Assembly (NCBI RefSeq): GCF_036321535.1
Contig: NC_087436.1
Span: 25,546,001-25,610,000 of the forward strand
Direction of reading: 5' to 3'
Length of the DNA: 64,000 bases
From: Camelus dromedarius
Taxonomy: Eukaryota
Both the position numbers and the translations under genes were made by a program. Positions 49,910-63,400 of the stretch are shown here, piece after piece; the stretch's first letter is position 1, and every line of letters starts with the position of its first letter. The notes beneath the pieces were generated by a model. That model was not told the DNA's origin, did no database searches, and saw only the letters and a program-made list of their open reading frames with translations.

Positions 49910-52900
49910 TTTATTTGGGAAGTTGTGGCAGGGAGCAGGGTGAGGAGGTGAGGACGGTGACAAAGAAGGAGAGGTCACTGCTGTGGATAACTGAGGCTCA
50001 GTCATGCCAAGAGTCTAAAAAGCCACAAACCACGTACTTTAAAATCGTTTACTTTAGGGAACAAAATGTGGAACTTTTGTCTACTGGCTCCCAAGCGTCA
50101 TTGGTCAAGGGTTACTCGGGATATGGTAACTTCCTCACATTTCCAGATTGCACGTGCATGAATGCCATGAATCCACAGCTGCTGAGATGTTAAGTGCTTG
50201 TCAGGTGGCACCATCTCAAACTTGGTTGCCATAGAAGAATGGTTTGAGTTAATTTGGGCTCAGCTGATGTTAGGAGGGGCACAAGAGGTGTCTGCTGTAA
50301 CAGAGAATATCCAGAACCCAGTGCAGACTCTGGCACCTAACAGCCCTAATATGTTTTACTTACGATGAGTGAATTAAGAGTGGACCAGTGACACCTACAA
50401 CATAGAGATATTGTGAGGTTCATTGAGAATGTAAGTAGGAGCTCTAAAATATACTAGAAATAGGCACGCGGGTTTGTTGAATTTGATACTCAAGGGTGAA
50501 AATGAAGTAATTTTTTTTCAATTTTGTAGTTGGATTATTAAAAAAATCTCAAAACCTATCCTACCTGATGACAGAAAAACCGAATCTACCATTATGCAGT
50601 CAGTTTTTGCACAGGGTGGGTGGATCCGAGGCAGTCCTCTCTCTCACCAGGCTATGGAGTCTGTGGTTCTGGAGATGAAGAGGACACTTTATCAATTCAG
50701 TGTCTACAGAGGTTCCTGGGCTTCAAACTCCCGTGAGCCTCTCAGTAGCTTCTTTCTCTTTTAACAAAAGCCTGACATTTTATTAAAGATACTGGAATAT
50801 TTTTTTTCCCTCTGTGGCATTCTGGCTCCCAAAGGATGTGGAAAGACCACCCCCGACTCCCACCCAATTTCAGCATCCCAATCAGATCCTCCTGCTACAC
50901 TGCCGAACTCCAAACAACTTCTACAAAGTCCTGTTTTAATTCTGCAAAGCCCAGAGCTTCTCTTACTTCTACCCTAAGCTTTCTTCATCCCTCCTTAGAG
51001 TGTCTTGACCTATTCTGGGTTTGAGAAGGAAAGGTTTGAAGGGCAAGGAGGGGGCGGTCACTGCCTCAAAAAGAGGATTTTTTCTGGGGAAAGTTGTGAC
51101 CTTGAGTCCCAGGCTGAGAGACCAGATAGATACAACTGGAGAAATTCTATGAAGCTCAAAGTAGGAAAACTCATCAGTTAATGGTTTAACATTGCATCCC
51201 ACATACCTGATGCTATATTATTACTTGCACTTCTAATACTGTATAAAAAGCATGACATAGCTAAGACTTGGTAAGACTATTTAGTGAACAACTGAAAGGC
51301 TTTCTTGTGGCATGTAACACCTGTTCACAAGCATTTTGAAACAAAGGAATTTAATGCAATGTAATTAGAACTAGTTTATAGTGTCATTAATTTCTATCAA
51401 TATATACATATGAGCAACTATTCTCAAAATATCTATTTGCTATAATGTAGGTAAAATTGTAAGTTAATAGAGGGTCTTTGTAATATTTTTGGTAGTTTGC
51501 TGCTATTACCCTAATTTACAGATTAGTTGTTTATAACGCAAGACATGTGGGAGAGGAAAGTTAATTCTACCTTCTTAACTCTTGATACCCCTTTTTCATT
51601 GTTTTAAATTCTGGAGCTAAAAATCCTAGGAAAATCTCAGAGTAGAGATTTAGCAATTCTGTCTCTAGTGATGGTAGCAGAGTAACTCTTGTTCCCTTTG
51701 TGCTTTTTCTATGCTTTTTTTTTTGCTACTTGTGTGATTAGAAAAAAATAATTCTTAAAATTCTGTACACTTGCCTTTCTTGTGAATTTACTTCTGGCCT
51801 TTCACCCCTTTCTCCTTTGTATCTGGCTCCTTTCTGTTCCTGCTTCCCCCCTTGTCATGACTTTCGTAAGTATTTGTGCCATCCACCTGCATGAGATGCT
51901 ACTCTGCAGTCTGCAGCCCACATTGCCCTCTCATGGCTTATGTTTTTAAAGACAATGTCTGTGCTCATAACATTAAATATGCTGATGAGTCCTGGTACTC
52001 AGTGGATTGACAATCCCCTGCCAACAGCAATTGGCAGGCACCACGCTCTCCATCCTCTCAAACGGCTCTGCTTGCCTCCGCATGCCAGCTGAAATGTCAT
52101 TTTCACGAAGCCCCCATTGTTGCAAATTAGCTGTTGCTGGCAGAAGTTCACAGGCTGTTTCCAGGCCTTAATTCATGATCTCCATTCAGACCAACATAGC
52201 ACAGAAGCTCTTTTGAGTTTGAGCTCTTACTTACCTAGGTAACCTGATTGAACCAAGAAACCTAGGTAGGTTTTTAGCCATTTCTGCTATCTTGCAGTCA
52301 TCTTCACAGCAAAGGGTGAGCATATCTTGGTTTCTCTTCCTAAGTGCACTCATTTTATTCATTGCACTTACTGAGTCTGTATACAGAAAGAAGGCACTTC
52401 TTCTGTACCAAGGTTTATCTCAACATTAATAGTGAATGCCTGACGATGGCATTAATAAGGCAAAGAGTAGGGCTGAGATCAAGAGGTCAACATTTCTTCT
52501 ACCTCACCTATTATGTTGTTAATTGTTTAGAGACCTGAAAAAGAAAACTAAACTATTCTAAAGGAAAAGAGCTAACTGAATCTAATAGCAGTGGTTCTCA
52601 TTCCAGTTGTTTTTTTAACTCCTTAGGAAATGCCTTAAAATATTACTACTTGCTGAAGCAGTTAGTTGAAGACAACATTTCTTTATCAAACTACAAAAAT
52701 AATGAAATAAACATGTACGTTTTTCCTCCTTATATCCCCAGTCCCTCTCAGAGTCCCTGGAGGCACACAGCAGGTGCTTAATAAATGCTATGTTAATATG
52801 AACTCTGAGAAGACACAGCTATTCAAGGAAGAAACTACATCAGAATTTTTCATTCCAAATTATCAACTAAAAATTTCTCATGAAAAATACAAATGTCACG

Positions 52901-53024
52901 GAACCTCTGAAGTCAGAATAGCTTTTAATGTTAAAAATGGAGTCTCAGTGTATACTCAGTCTCTCTCTCTCCCTCTCACACACATACACTTTGAAATTCT
53001 GGATAAATATTTGGATTTTCTTTT

Positions 53025-53150
53025 TTTCCACTCACTTACTAAACAGTTATATACAGAACCAGGTAGCATCCTATGGACTCTGGATATAGACATGAATAAG
53101 ATAGGCAAGGTCCCTGCCCTGGTAGGGATTACCTTGGTGGGAAATAAAAA
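53025..53150 (-). mobile_element. L2 3' end fragment
   Basis: ATGAATAAGATAGGCAAGGTCCCTGCCCTGGTAGGGATTAC. Confidence 0.65.
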
Positions 53151-55379
53151 TATCATATTGAAAGTGATGGGATGGTTCAAAGCCTCCATGCTTCATCATG
53201 GACCAAGGGAGATTGCTACTAGCTAATACTTTCACTGTCACACTTTGCATGCTAGAATTAGATTACCCCATGTATCTCTAACTTAATCTATGCTATTAAA
53301 ATAAACTGTGAGAAAGAGAATACCCATAAATAGATGAATGTTTCCTATTTATGTTATGCAAAGAAAGAAAATATAGTCTCCATTAAAAAAATATCTTAAG
53401 GGTGAAAATTATTTTTAAAGTTGGCAATGCTATCTAAACAATGGAATAATGAATTTATAATCAGGATAATTCTATAATTCTATTCACTCTGCCTCATATG
53501 TATTCAAACAAATGTTTTAAATAAACATCCTGTCCAGCATGTGGTTGTTTTGTGAGAGTCATGATTTTCTCTAAAGTTCTATAGCAAATTTCTTTTAATA
53601 CAAAGTCTGCCTTGTGAATTTGCATAATAACCAAAGCAAACAAAAATATTATTCTTTAGGCATATACCAAGCGATGAGAAACAGTCTGTTCTATTCCCAA
53701 GCTAGGAGAAAAATACTCACCTTTTTGCAGGTGTAAACTAACAGTGCCAACTTTAAATGAAGCTCATTTGAATGCCGGGTTGTATATAAACCATTAGTAT
53801 TACAGAGCAATTAACACTACTCCCAGAGTAGATGAGCAAATTGCTGATGCAAGACTTTGTCAATGCCGTCCCTAAGTACTGAGTAAGTGATATATATTAT
53901 ATAAACATATTTATACGAGTGTACAAATGAGTGGAAACACACACAAAGATACATATACAGACATGCCATTTGACAAAGTGCTGCTAATTTTCATACAGCG
54001 ATACATGGAAAGGTGGAAAAACAAACATTTGCTGTAGTTTATTTCTTCCTGTGAGTGGTTAAAGTAGCCCATCTTTTGAAAGTGAGTTTATACTTTGGTC
54101 TTACATGTCTAGCCCAATCATAAGTTAAGCTTTTTTTCCTCTTAATGACTTAAGAACATGGTAAAGGCCAATTAATATGGTGGTGTATGGCACCAATGAT
54201 TCTTATGAGGTGATAGTCTTGTTTATGGGGAGAGTGGAAAGCTTGCCTATTAGAAGGTGTGTGACCAAGACAACAGATTTCAATTCCCAGTTCTTGCTTT
54301 GGGATTTTGCTTCTCTTTATAGTAGAAGAAACTAAAGTGGAAAAATATACCTAGTTTCTCTAATACGAAATCTCAAGAGAATCTTCTGTTTAATAGACAG
54401 CCTCTTACAATAGAGAAATAAGAACCAGCATTTCTGCTCCCTCCAGCGGGCTTTTGCATGTAATACACTATGATGTAGTAAGGGAGGGGAATCAGAAGAT
54501 TAAGAGTCTGAACATGCTACTGAAGGTCAACCTACAGATGTGAAGCAGCTCTCTCCAAATAGAAAAGAAAAAACTTTCAAGGATCAATAAAAACCATGAA
54601 AGGTTTTTATGTCTCTCCCTATAGAGACAATTAGCAGAGAGAAAGGAGGCAATAATCACATTATAAGTGAGTTCACTGGGTAGAGTTCACTAGCATTGCA
54701 AAGATGCCTTATGAATGCATGTCACTAGGAAGATCAACCTGCACTAAACAATAGACTCCCTGATGACTAGTTAGGGCCTGAGAGCCTTTACAACGCACAC
54801 ATTGAAGTAAATCTGTATTTATTTATATCCTAAGCTGGTAAATTTATACATTCTTTTTATGTATCTGTATGAATCTGTATGAATCACAAAAATAACAAAA
54901 ATTATCTTGTAACCCAAAAGAACTAGTCTTCTTTAGACTCTTCCTGTTTACAAAATGTTTGTATTTACTGTTTTTTTTAACATGGAGATTTTGTTTTCTT
55001 TTCTTAGTAAATTATGGTTATTGTTGTCAACAAAGCTATCGTGCCTATTCAGAATCTTCTAGAAAGGGAGACTTTTTTTGGTTAGATGTATGTCCTTAGC
55101 GGCTGTGGGGCAGCGTAGGGAAAATAGTTTGATTATTGTTGGCAAAATGAAACTGAATTAAATCCCTGTTTCTGTTGGCAAAGGGAAGGGTGATCAGAAC
55201 TCCAATGAAAAGAGTCAAAGAAAGGAAATGTACCCAAGAGGAGACCTCAGACTTGGCTCTTCAGAGGACTAAGGAGAAAGCTGACAATGGACAAGAGCCT
55301 ACTTTTGGCACCATCTGTTCCTGGTTATTTCCCTTCCCTCAACTTGATCTGTTTCCTTTTCCTGTCTGTGCCATCAGAG

Positions 55380-55878
55380 AGAGAGTGTTGTTTCACCTAT
55401 CTGCTAGCCTCTTTTGTTTAGTATTATCACCTGGTTTTCCTTAGGGAACCATTCACAGGCTATGTGGCTTAGATGGGACTGAACTCACAGTCAGTTCTAG
55501 GGGCAAATGCATGACCTACATTTGGTCAATCACAGTCATGGGGATTAGTTTAGGAATCAATCAACCAACCAAAAATGCAGAGGTTGGTTCCAAGACTTTT
55601 CCTGGAACTAGTGGGTATTAGGACTTCTCTTTCTACTGAGGTCCTTAAGCTGGTAGCATTTAGATCTGTAGCTTTGAAAACCATTTGGGGAGAGGATCCT
55701 TCAGAAAAAACCCATGAAGAATCCAAGCCAAAAAAAACAAATTCCTGGTGATATTGAGAATCTTAATCCAGTTATTCTGGAAATTAATCTTTCATGAATT
55801 CAGTAGTGTGAGCCATTTACTTCCCTGTTTTAAGATAGATTGAGCTGTATTTCCCATAACCCAGGAATTCTGTTAATA
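55380..55878 (+). mobile_element. Old MaLR LTR (MLT1J/K/L-like)
   Basis: GCATGACCTACATTTGGTCAATCA...TCCTGGTGATATTG...TGTGAGCCATTTACTTCCC...TTAATA. Confidence 0.6.
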
Positions 55879-55949
55879 AAACATAGAATTGACACAAATA
55901 ATGTAAAATGAAAATTAAAGAAATTTGACTTCAGATAAGCGGGAAAAAA

Positions 55950-56620
55950 GAAGAAAACAACCAAACCCAAATAAATCTATCAAAAGCACAGGAGACTCAC
56001 AAAAAGCAAGGAGACTCAGGAGGGAAATCAACCCTTGAATGAAGGGAAGGCATAGGGAAAATTCCTTGCAGTTTTTAGTCTGAGGGTTTCTAGCCTGTGC
56101 TTTATGGGATGGCTAAATTGCTGATAAAAAGCCCACGATCTTTCTGGTTTCAGACAATCACAACTGCTGGAAAATGAAGGGAACATTACAAGGAAGGTAG
56201 AGTCACAGATAGGGGCCTTTTTATGAACTATGTTTATGAACTATGCTTAAATCTGTGGCTCATTTCTGAACCATGCATTTGTGAGGTAGACTTCAAGAAG
56301 CCCAGGGCAAGAATCAAAGCACTGAACTGAGATTTGATCTGCCACCCAAGAGAGAGTTTACAATTTGATTCCAATTAAATTAACTGATGAACAACAACAA
56401 TCAACACTCTTCAGGGGAATATAATAGAATCCAGAATTTTTACAACATAATATTCACAATGTCCAAGGGACAATAAAAATTTGATCTACAATGGAAATCA
56501 ATGTCAAGATACAAGATATTTGAATTCACAGAAAAAGGTGTAACTATGCTTGAGATGTAAAAAAATATGCTCATGTTTAATGGAAGAATTAACAGAGAAA
56601 TATAAATGGTAAAATAAAAC
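55950..56620 (+). mobile_element. Old L1 (L1ME/L1MC-type) 5' region
   Basis: GAACTGAGATTTGATCTGCCACCCAAGAG...AACACTCTTCAGGGGAATATAATAGAATCCAGA...ATTCACAATGTCC. Confidence 0.6.
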
Positions 56621-57905
56621 TCAATAAATTAGTATGTGGGAGTAAGAATAGAATTCCATAAAATAAAATATGAGCAAATTGGGAAGAAAAATCACCATAT
56701 TTTAGGTAGATCAGGAAACATTTAGTTATGATCAGTATACTCAGGTGATTCATTTATATTTACTATATTCTTTATTTAAAACATAGTTAGCCCAGCAGTC
56801 ACTGAATACATCAGTCTGTAAATGCACTAACTTCTTTATTACCCAGCGTAAACTCTACAAAAAGTAAGAGTAAAATTCATATAAGTCAGAACTGTCATTG
56901 TAATTTTTGTTACTCTTACACCCTAAGTTGATTTAAGTCCTTTTTTGGTACAAAATAGAAGATAAATAAGTAAATATCTTAAAGCAACATTAGAGGAACT
57001 AATTTTAAAATGTCCCAAATTATGAAAGGATATGTGATAATGTAATTTCCCTCTCATGAAAGCACTTTTGCAACATTACAGAGAAAAGTGAATTTGAACA
57101 GTTCCATAGGAAGGGCAAAGTATGATGGTTATAAAACAGAGTCAGTCAAATATGGATTTAAGCCCTCACTATATTATTGATTAGCTACGGGAATTTGGGC
57201 ATATTCCTTAGCTTTTTGGAAATTTAGGCAGCTCATTCTCAAGATGAGAATTTTGACAATTACCCTAACCAGTTTCGTTTTTCTTCTTTTAATGCTCTTT
57301 ATTTTCTCAGGGTACTTGCAACTACAGTAACTGATAAGAGAGTCTGTGTATATTATCATCTCTCACAATGCAGTATAGACAATTATTTGGGAAAACCATA
57401 TTGGCCAGTTATAAAAAATTATACCATTCTTTTAAAAAGAGATCAATTTCAAAACAAAGTAATGCAAACCTGTTTTCTTCCGCACAGTATACATAGCAAG
57501 CCACTTCCCTAGTAATGCCGCCAATCAATTGTTTTATTCTTTGTGAAGAGAAGTACTGCTATATTTTTGTTCTGGTAAGGTGCATGGCAATGGTGAATCC
57601 AGTTCTAACACAAGGACTTTCAAATGTATATACTTTCTGTCTAGATTTCATAACTGTTAAAAGGACACAGCTCAGTTTGTATGGTTTTTTCACAGTATTA
57701 ACCAGACTTACACATTTCCTTGTCTTTGAATATCTGCCTTTTAAAAAAATCTACTAAATACAAACAACTTCTAAGTATCCCAGTTCCCTTTTCTCTTACA
57801 ACATGTTCTTGGCTAATTCCCCAGGGATCCCCCTGATGTGCCCCTTTGGTATGATTTGCAATATTCTTCTTCCTTTTTTGCCAGTAACATCAGCATGTTG
57901 CTACT

Positions 57906-57919
57906 CCGCCATCTGGTAG
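57906..57919 (-). promoter_or_regulatory. Candidate CTCF-binding motif
   Basis: Minus strand CTACCAGATGGCGG, 13/14 match to CCASYAGRKGGCRS. Confidence 0.4.
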
Positions 57920-58799
57920 GGGAAGTGGAGAGCAGTTCTGTTCAAGAACATTCATGAAAGGAAAAGCCAAAGTACTCATCCCTCCCCCACATCCAGACAT
58001 TTTTTTTTTCAAAGAAGGAATTATAGTCTAAAGAAATAACACAAGATGTTTGAGATTTTCAAAAATTCTAGCCATAGTGTTGAAATGACATTCCTTCAAT
58101 TATGTATGAGTTATCATTTTTGTAGAGGGAAAGGAGCCACAAAAACGAGCATAGTACTTTCCCTGTGAAATGATCTAACAGCTCAGCAATTCCCACAGCC
58201 TGTCAGTTCCTGCATTAGGGCTCTTCAATAAAACACAGTGGGTCATTTATCCCTGCCTTCAGATTGGAAGATTGTCAACAGGACCCTTGAGGTCTTCTGA
58301 GGTATCCCTGTGTAAATTGGAAATATAGGTGGCAATGAAATTGTCTTAATCATTAAAAGGGAAGTGAAGATTGAAAATTAACCCTAAGGAATGACTGTTT
58401 CAATAGTTCCCTTGACTCTATAAATCTATGCTCACAGGCTGGCTGAACTCTAGACAGAGTGGTAGTAAATTTTTATTTCATCATGACAAGGCATTATTTA
58501 CAAAGAACATTGAGCATGCAGCAGCAATTCATAGAATACTTTTGTGTACATGGGATCCCACCTGTCTATTTTAAACCAAATAATTGAAAATATCTGAATC
58601 ATACATATATACATGTGTGCATGCACACACACAATATTACCAATATAGAGAGATATATCGGCAAGCATGACATGGCTGGATTGTGAGTTGCCATTTTTTA
58701 TGAGTTTTAATTAGTCAAGTGCATTTTCTGCTTAATGACAGAGCCCAGAATTATTAAAATAGAAATAAGGGAATTAGCTCACAGAATGAGGCCAAAACC

Positions 58800-58922
58800 A
58801 TAAACATAAGTATAATGATATAGGTATAATCGTAATTATAAAAGGATAATTACAAAAGTATAAATGTATATAATAATTATATTATAATTATAAAAGTATA
58901 ATATTATATAATTATAATAAAT
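58800..58922. repeat. AT-rich low-complexity (TATAAT-type) tract
   Basis: Direct reading. Confidence 0.85.
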
Positions 58923-58929
58923 TTAGAAT

Positions 58930-59830
58930 GAATGGTTTTACCTTCCTGATTATGAAAGGGATTTATGCTTATTACCAAAACATTCTAATAATACAGAATC
59001 TTATAAAATACAAGATGAAAATCCCCAATAATCTTCTCTGCCTAAAGTAAATCACGTAAATAATGTGATTCGTATCTCTCCTGACTTTTTAAATCACATG
59101 TACACATACTATTTTAAAACCAAATAAGATTATGCTATAAATAATGGTTCCCAGAATCTTTAAAAAAAAACAAACCATGACTAAATATATATGCACACAC
59201 ACACATGCACACACAAGTAAATAAACATTTTTTAAAAATTAAGAACATATTTATGTACTAATGGACAACGTATGTTTTCCTCATCAGTACATGGATGTCT
59301 TAATTTTTTGAGAGGATGTATTGGGTTCATTTTATGAACGTTGTACAAATTAATTATTATCAATGCAATTTAAGTCATGCATATTTTTAAGAGTTGCTCT
59401 ATGTGTAAAGAAAGGAAAACAGGGAAATTTTTATATTGTCAAATTATCCTAAAAAGTTGATATGACTTCAGAAATGTAAAAAATGGCCTACTTCTCTATA
59501 TATTCCTAACTACTGGGCATTTATCTTTTTTCACTTTTGCTAAACTGATAGGTGATAAATATCCCAAATGTATTTTTTATTTAATTTTTTTTTTGGTGGG
59601 GGGAGGTAATTAGGTTTATTTATTTATTATTCTTAGAGGAGGTAATGGGGATTAAACCCAGGGTCTCATGCATGCTAAGCATGCGCTTTACCACTTGAGC
59701 TATATCCTCCCCTCTCTCAAATGTATCTTTTATATATTTATTTGTATTTCTTATATTATTATCAAAACTGGGGCTTTTCTAGGTGCTTATTTAATGTTAT
59801 TTTTTCTGTGGATTGTTTATTTTTTATATA
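58930..59830 (-). mobile_element. Highly diverged L1ME-type 3' region
   Basis: CTACTGGGCATTTATC...TTTTGCTAAACTGATAGGTGATAAAT...TTTTCTGTGGATTGTTTAT. Confidence 0.5.
59580..59713 (-). mobile_element. tRNA-derived SINE, camelid vic-1-like
   Basis: Minus strand GGGGAGGATATAGCTCAAGTGGTAAAGCGCATGCTTAGCATGCATGAGACCCTGGGTTTAATCCCC (tRNA-Ala-like head); CAAATGTAT on both flanks. Confidence 0.9.
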
Positions 59831-60089
59831 TACATTTATGATAAAAATGAAATGCTGACTACCTGATTTTCTACATAAAATTTGATCTGATATGCACAAT
59901 GCTGATGTTCATTTTTCACTGAAAGTGGATGATAAAAAACTGGTATCAGTTAATTCAACATTTATTTGTAAAAGGAAAAAAACATTTATTGGACACTGAT
60001 CTTTTCTTAGAAAGGTATTAGATGCCCTCTTGAAAAAACTAATTTCTTACATCACTTGAATAAAAGCAACCACTTAATTCTCCTGAGCT

Positions 60090-60405
60090 GTCTAACAGAA
60101 CCTGAAGAAAAGTACAATGTTTAATTTTGATCTTGTATTGGTGTTCTGTGGAGATTTCTAGCAAATCTCAGACATCATCTGCTGCCAACTGCCTTCATTG
60201 AAATGTACATTCCTGGAGCCCTATGACCAGTAGAAATGGACCTGTCTCAGTATCCTCGCAGGCTCAGTTGTTGCTTGAGATCAGCCCACACAGGTGTGGT
60301 TTCTGTGTGAACTTGGTGGTGGATTCTGACCACAGCAGCTGGGGTTCTTCATCAATTATGCTCCTCACAGCAGGAGATCCAAGTGGTGTATCTTCATGGC
60401 TGCAG
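60090..60405 (-). mobile_element. ERVL LTR16-family-like fragment
   Basis: Minus strand GCAGCCATGAAGATACACCACTTGGATCTCC...GAGGAGCATAATTGA...CCAGCTGCTG resembles the LTR16 5' end. Confidence 0.5.
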
Positions 60406-63400
60406 GAAGATATCCCTCAATTTCTGTTGGTTGTATCCTGGAAAGGTGTGAAGGTCAGCAAGTTCTAAACAAAGTGGCTAAAGTCAAAGCATCCTTGGGG
60501 AATTGGAATTATTGTAGAATCCAATAACAAGGAAGGAAAAATCAGGAACTCCCGAGACTGAACATGTGATCATTTATATGAGACAGCAAGTAGTAGTCTA
60601 TTGTCCTGGAGATAAGACTGCTGGAGACGTTTATGATGGTCCCGATTCAAGCTTATATGGGCGAACACTATAGATGGTGGACTTTGATAGAAATTGGCAA
60701 ATGCCACTGCTTGGTAGACTTTACTGTGTTAGCTCTAAATGCAATCTAACCTACTGAGGAATAATTCTAATCTAAACAATCCTCTTGCTTTCCAGTGAAT
60801 ACAAGTGCTGTATTTACCTGTAGTTTTGGAGCAGCCATAGCGGATGGGAGGAAGATAAGAAAGGGGGCAAAAAGCCCTACATCTGTTCTAGGGTATATAT
60901 TGAAGCTACATGTCCCTGGTAGCAGTAACAGATGGATCTATAATCAAGTCTTGAAATTCACAGTTACAAAAAGTAGAGTGACAGGTACTTTTTATTCTGA
61001 ACATGCTTTCCATGCATTCTTTCCCCATTGAGTTGAAGTCACTGCCATAACACAAACACCAGGACCCAGTGTTATGTTCAGAGGTTTAATTATTTAAAAA
61101 AAAGACACCAAAACATCTGTGCTTTGCCATTTTACATTATGTTAATTTAAGATGACAGCTTCTTTGGTGAAACAATTTTTCTTTTGTTTTACTTGCATAC
61201 TGTGCCCCATGATGATTATTGTAGACATTATTTCACACAGGGTGGTCCACAGTCATTTAACACCTTCTATCACATTGGGATCTCTGGATCAGGACGCATT
61301 AATTAGGTGGACAGAAGACAAATGTATCTGTAGTAATGGCAAGGAGCCAAGGCTTACTCCTCCCAGGTGTTCAGAGAAGTTGCTGGAACCCAATCCATCT
61401 TCAGAGAATGACGGCCACCAGTTCAAGAGCAGGAAACACTGACATGAAAGAATGTTATTTTAAATAATCATTAAAAATGAGATGGACTTACTTATTCAGG
61501 TGAAATTCTTTTAAATAAATCTCCCCAAAGAGTTACTACAGCACAGTCTTGGAGCACATCCAATTCTGAGCTGATACAGTTTCCTGGAGAGTCCAGTAAA
61601 TGTCTTGAGGGATTCCATTTTAGGGTCACTTCATTATATATCAGGATCTGACATCAGTGAAGGTACTCATAAAATATACTAGAACTGGCATTCAGTTGGA
61701 GAAAATTAGACCGCCTTTTATGTCTAAGGAATGAAATTCTTTGAACAAGAAATGTTTTCACTCACATGTTTCTTTTTACTGAAGTCTTTCATATATCTCA
61801 AGTCGTATGACTTTTTTTTTCTGTGTCAATGTCTGTGATGTTTTGAATCAATTTTTGTTTGAAGATCAGGACAGCAAAGTTTAGTTTATAATGACTTATT
61901 TCCTATGAAGTTTTTTTTTTTTTTTTAAATATGTGGCTCTGGAATAAGGCTTTACCATGACATAGGGCAACATGTATGGTAGTTGGTGACGGCCATGAAA
62001 AAAGGTGAAAAGAATCTGATTAGAAAGTTGCCTGAAATTAAATACAAAAATGAAATTCGGGGGATTTTGTGGATTTGCATATTGCGTAAATATATTGTCA
62101 TAAACCTTACTGAAACAAGTTTTAGAAAATAAAGTCATCTAAAAACTTCAGCTACTGGGAACATTACACAACTCTAAGGACAGGCATTGCCATAGCAGGG
62201 CATGAACAGAGACATTTCAGAGTCTAGGGAGAAAAATGCTTTGATTTTTGAGGAAAAGATTCTTACTCTTTGTCTTACACTTGAGATATAAACTAACATG
62301 TTGATGTTTAAATTCTACTGTAATCAGACATTTAGTCTTAAATGTAAATTAATCAACACACTATGAACATTTTGATGCTTGGAAAAATGCCTAACAGTGA
62401 GACCCAGATGTGTTTTCTGCCTCTTCAAATGTTGATTATACAATATTTGGAAGAGGAACGTGTGTTATTGTCAAGGAATGTGTATTATTGTCAGCCTCTT
62501 TGTTTCATCTTCACTATGTCTTGTTTAGCCATCAGAATAGAAACGCTAAAGAATTAGCAATTGCTTGCCAAATCCCATGCTTCTCCAGGTATTCGAAAAT
62601 AAAACTACCCCAAATTTTATGGCTTGCAGTTTTCAGCACATACCAATTATATTTTGAGCTATATTTTACCAGTGAAAAACTGATACCAAGATAGCCATGA
62701 TGTTTAAAACTTCTCTTTTCTTCTCATTTTCAAAGTTCAACTTTTTAAAAAAGAAATCATATTTGTCTTTTAAAATCTCTTTACTCTTTCCTTTTGAAGA
62801 AGAGTTTCAATTTTTATTCTTCCAATGTTATTCTTAAAGCTGTATGACACTGCATCATTTAAAAAAAATTCCTACGAGAAGAGATACCCTAGATTAAACT
62901 GTTTGGGGCTAATAAAACACAGTGTGAAATCAAAGTAAGCTAAGAGATGTTCCTCAGATATCTCCTGATTTAGAACCTGGAGAAGCAGTAATATCTGTTA
63001 CCAATCACAGAGAATTCTGGGAGCAATAGGAAACTCAAGGGTAAGGTAAATAAACTGAATTCTTGGGTATAGAGGCCCAATAGTTCTTTTATACTTTGTC
63101 ATATATTAATTAATTTAACAAATATTTTATGAACTCTAAGTTTCAGGCACTGTGCAGGCACGTATGTTCTCTGGTATTTAAACTAGGGGAATAAGAACAT
63201 ATCTTTATGGTTAACAGCATAGATGAATAAATGTTATAATAAATATGTATATAAATATGCATATGTATGTAATAACAAAGATTTCCCTTTTGTTGACTGT
63301 GGCACTAAGAGAAATGCTTTCTATAAATGTTTTAGAAATTGGATTGTTAGTCCAATATAAACCATTGCTTGATCCATTAACATTCAAGAGTAACATTTGC

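Noticed and set aside
52774..53226. 150-aa ORF
   Set aside because: GTG start, runs through L2 fragments and a CT/CA simple tract
54432..54452. CTCF-like CCGCTGGAGGGAGC on the minus strand
   Set aside because: Several mismatches, including the core A; too weak to report
59640..59713. tRNA-Ala-like sequence as a tRNA gene
   Set aside because: Has SINE tail and TSDs, and diverged copies occur elsewhere in the window
60180..60470. GC-balanced stretch as a coding exon or processed pseudogene
   Set aside because: Minus-strand frames all contain stops, the 81-aa + ORF is unrecognisable, and the sequence resembles an LTR16-type LTR
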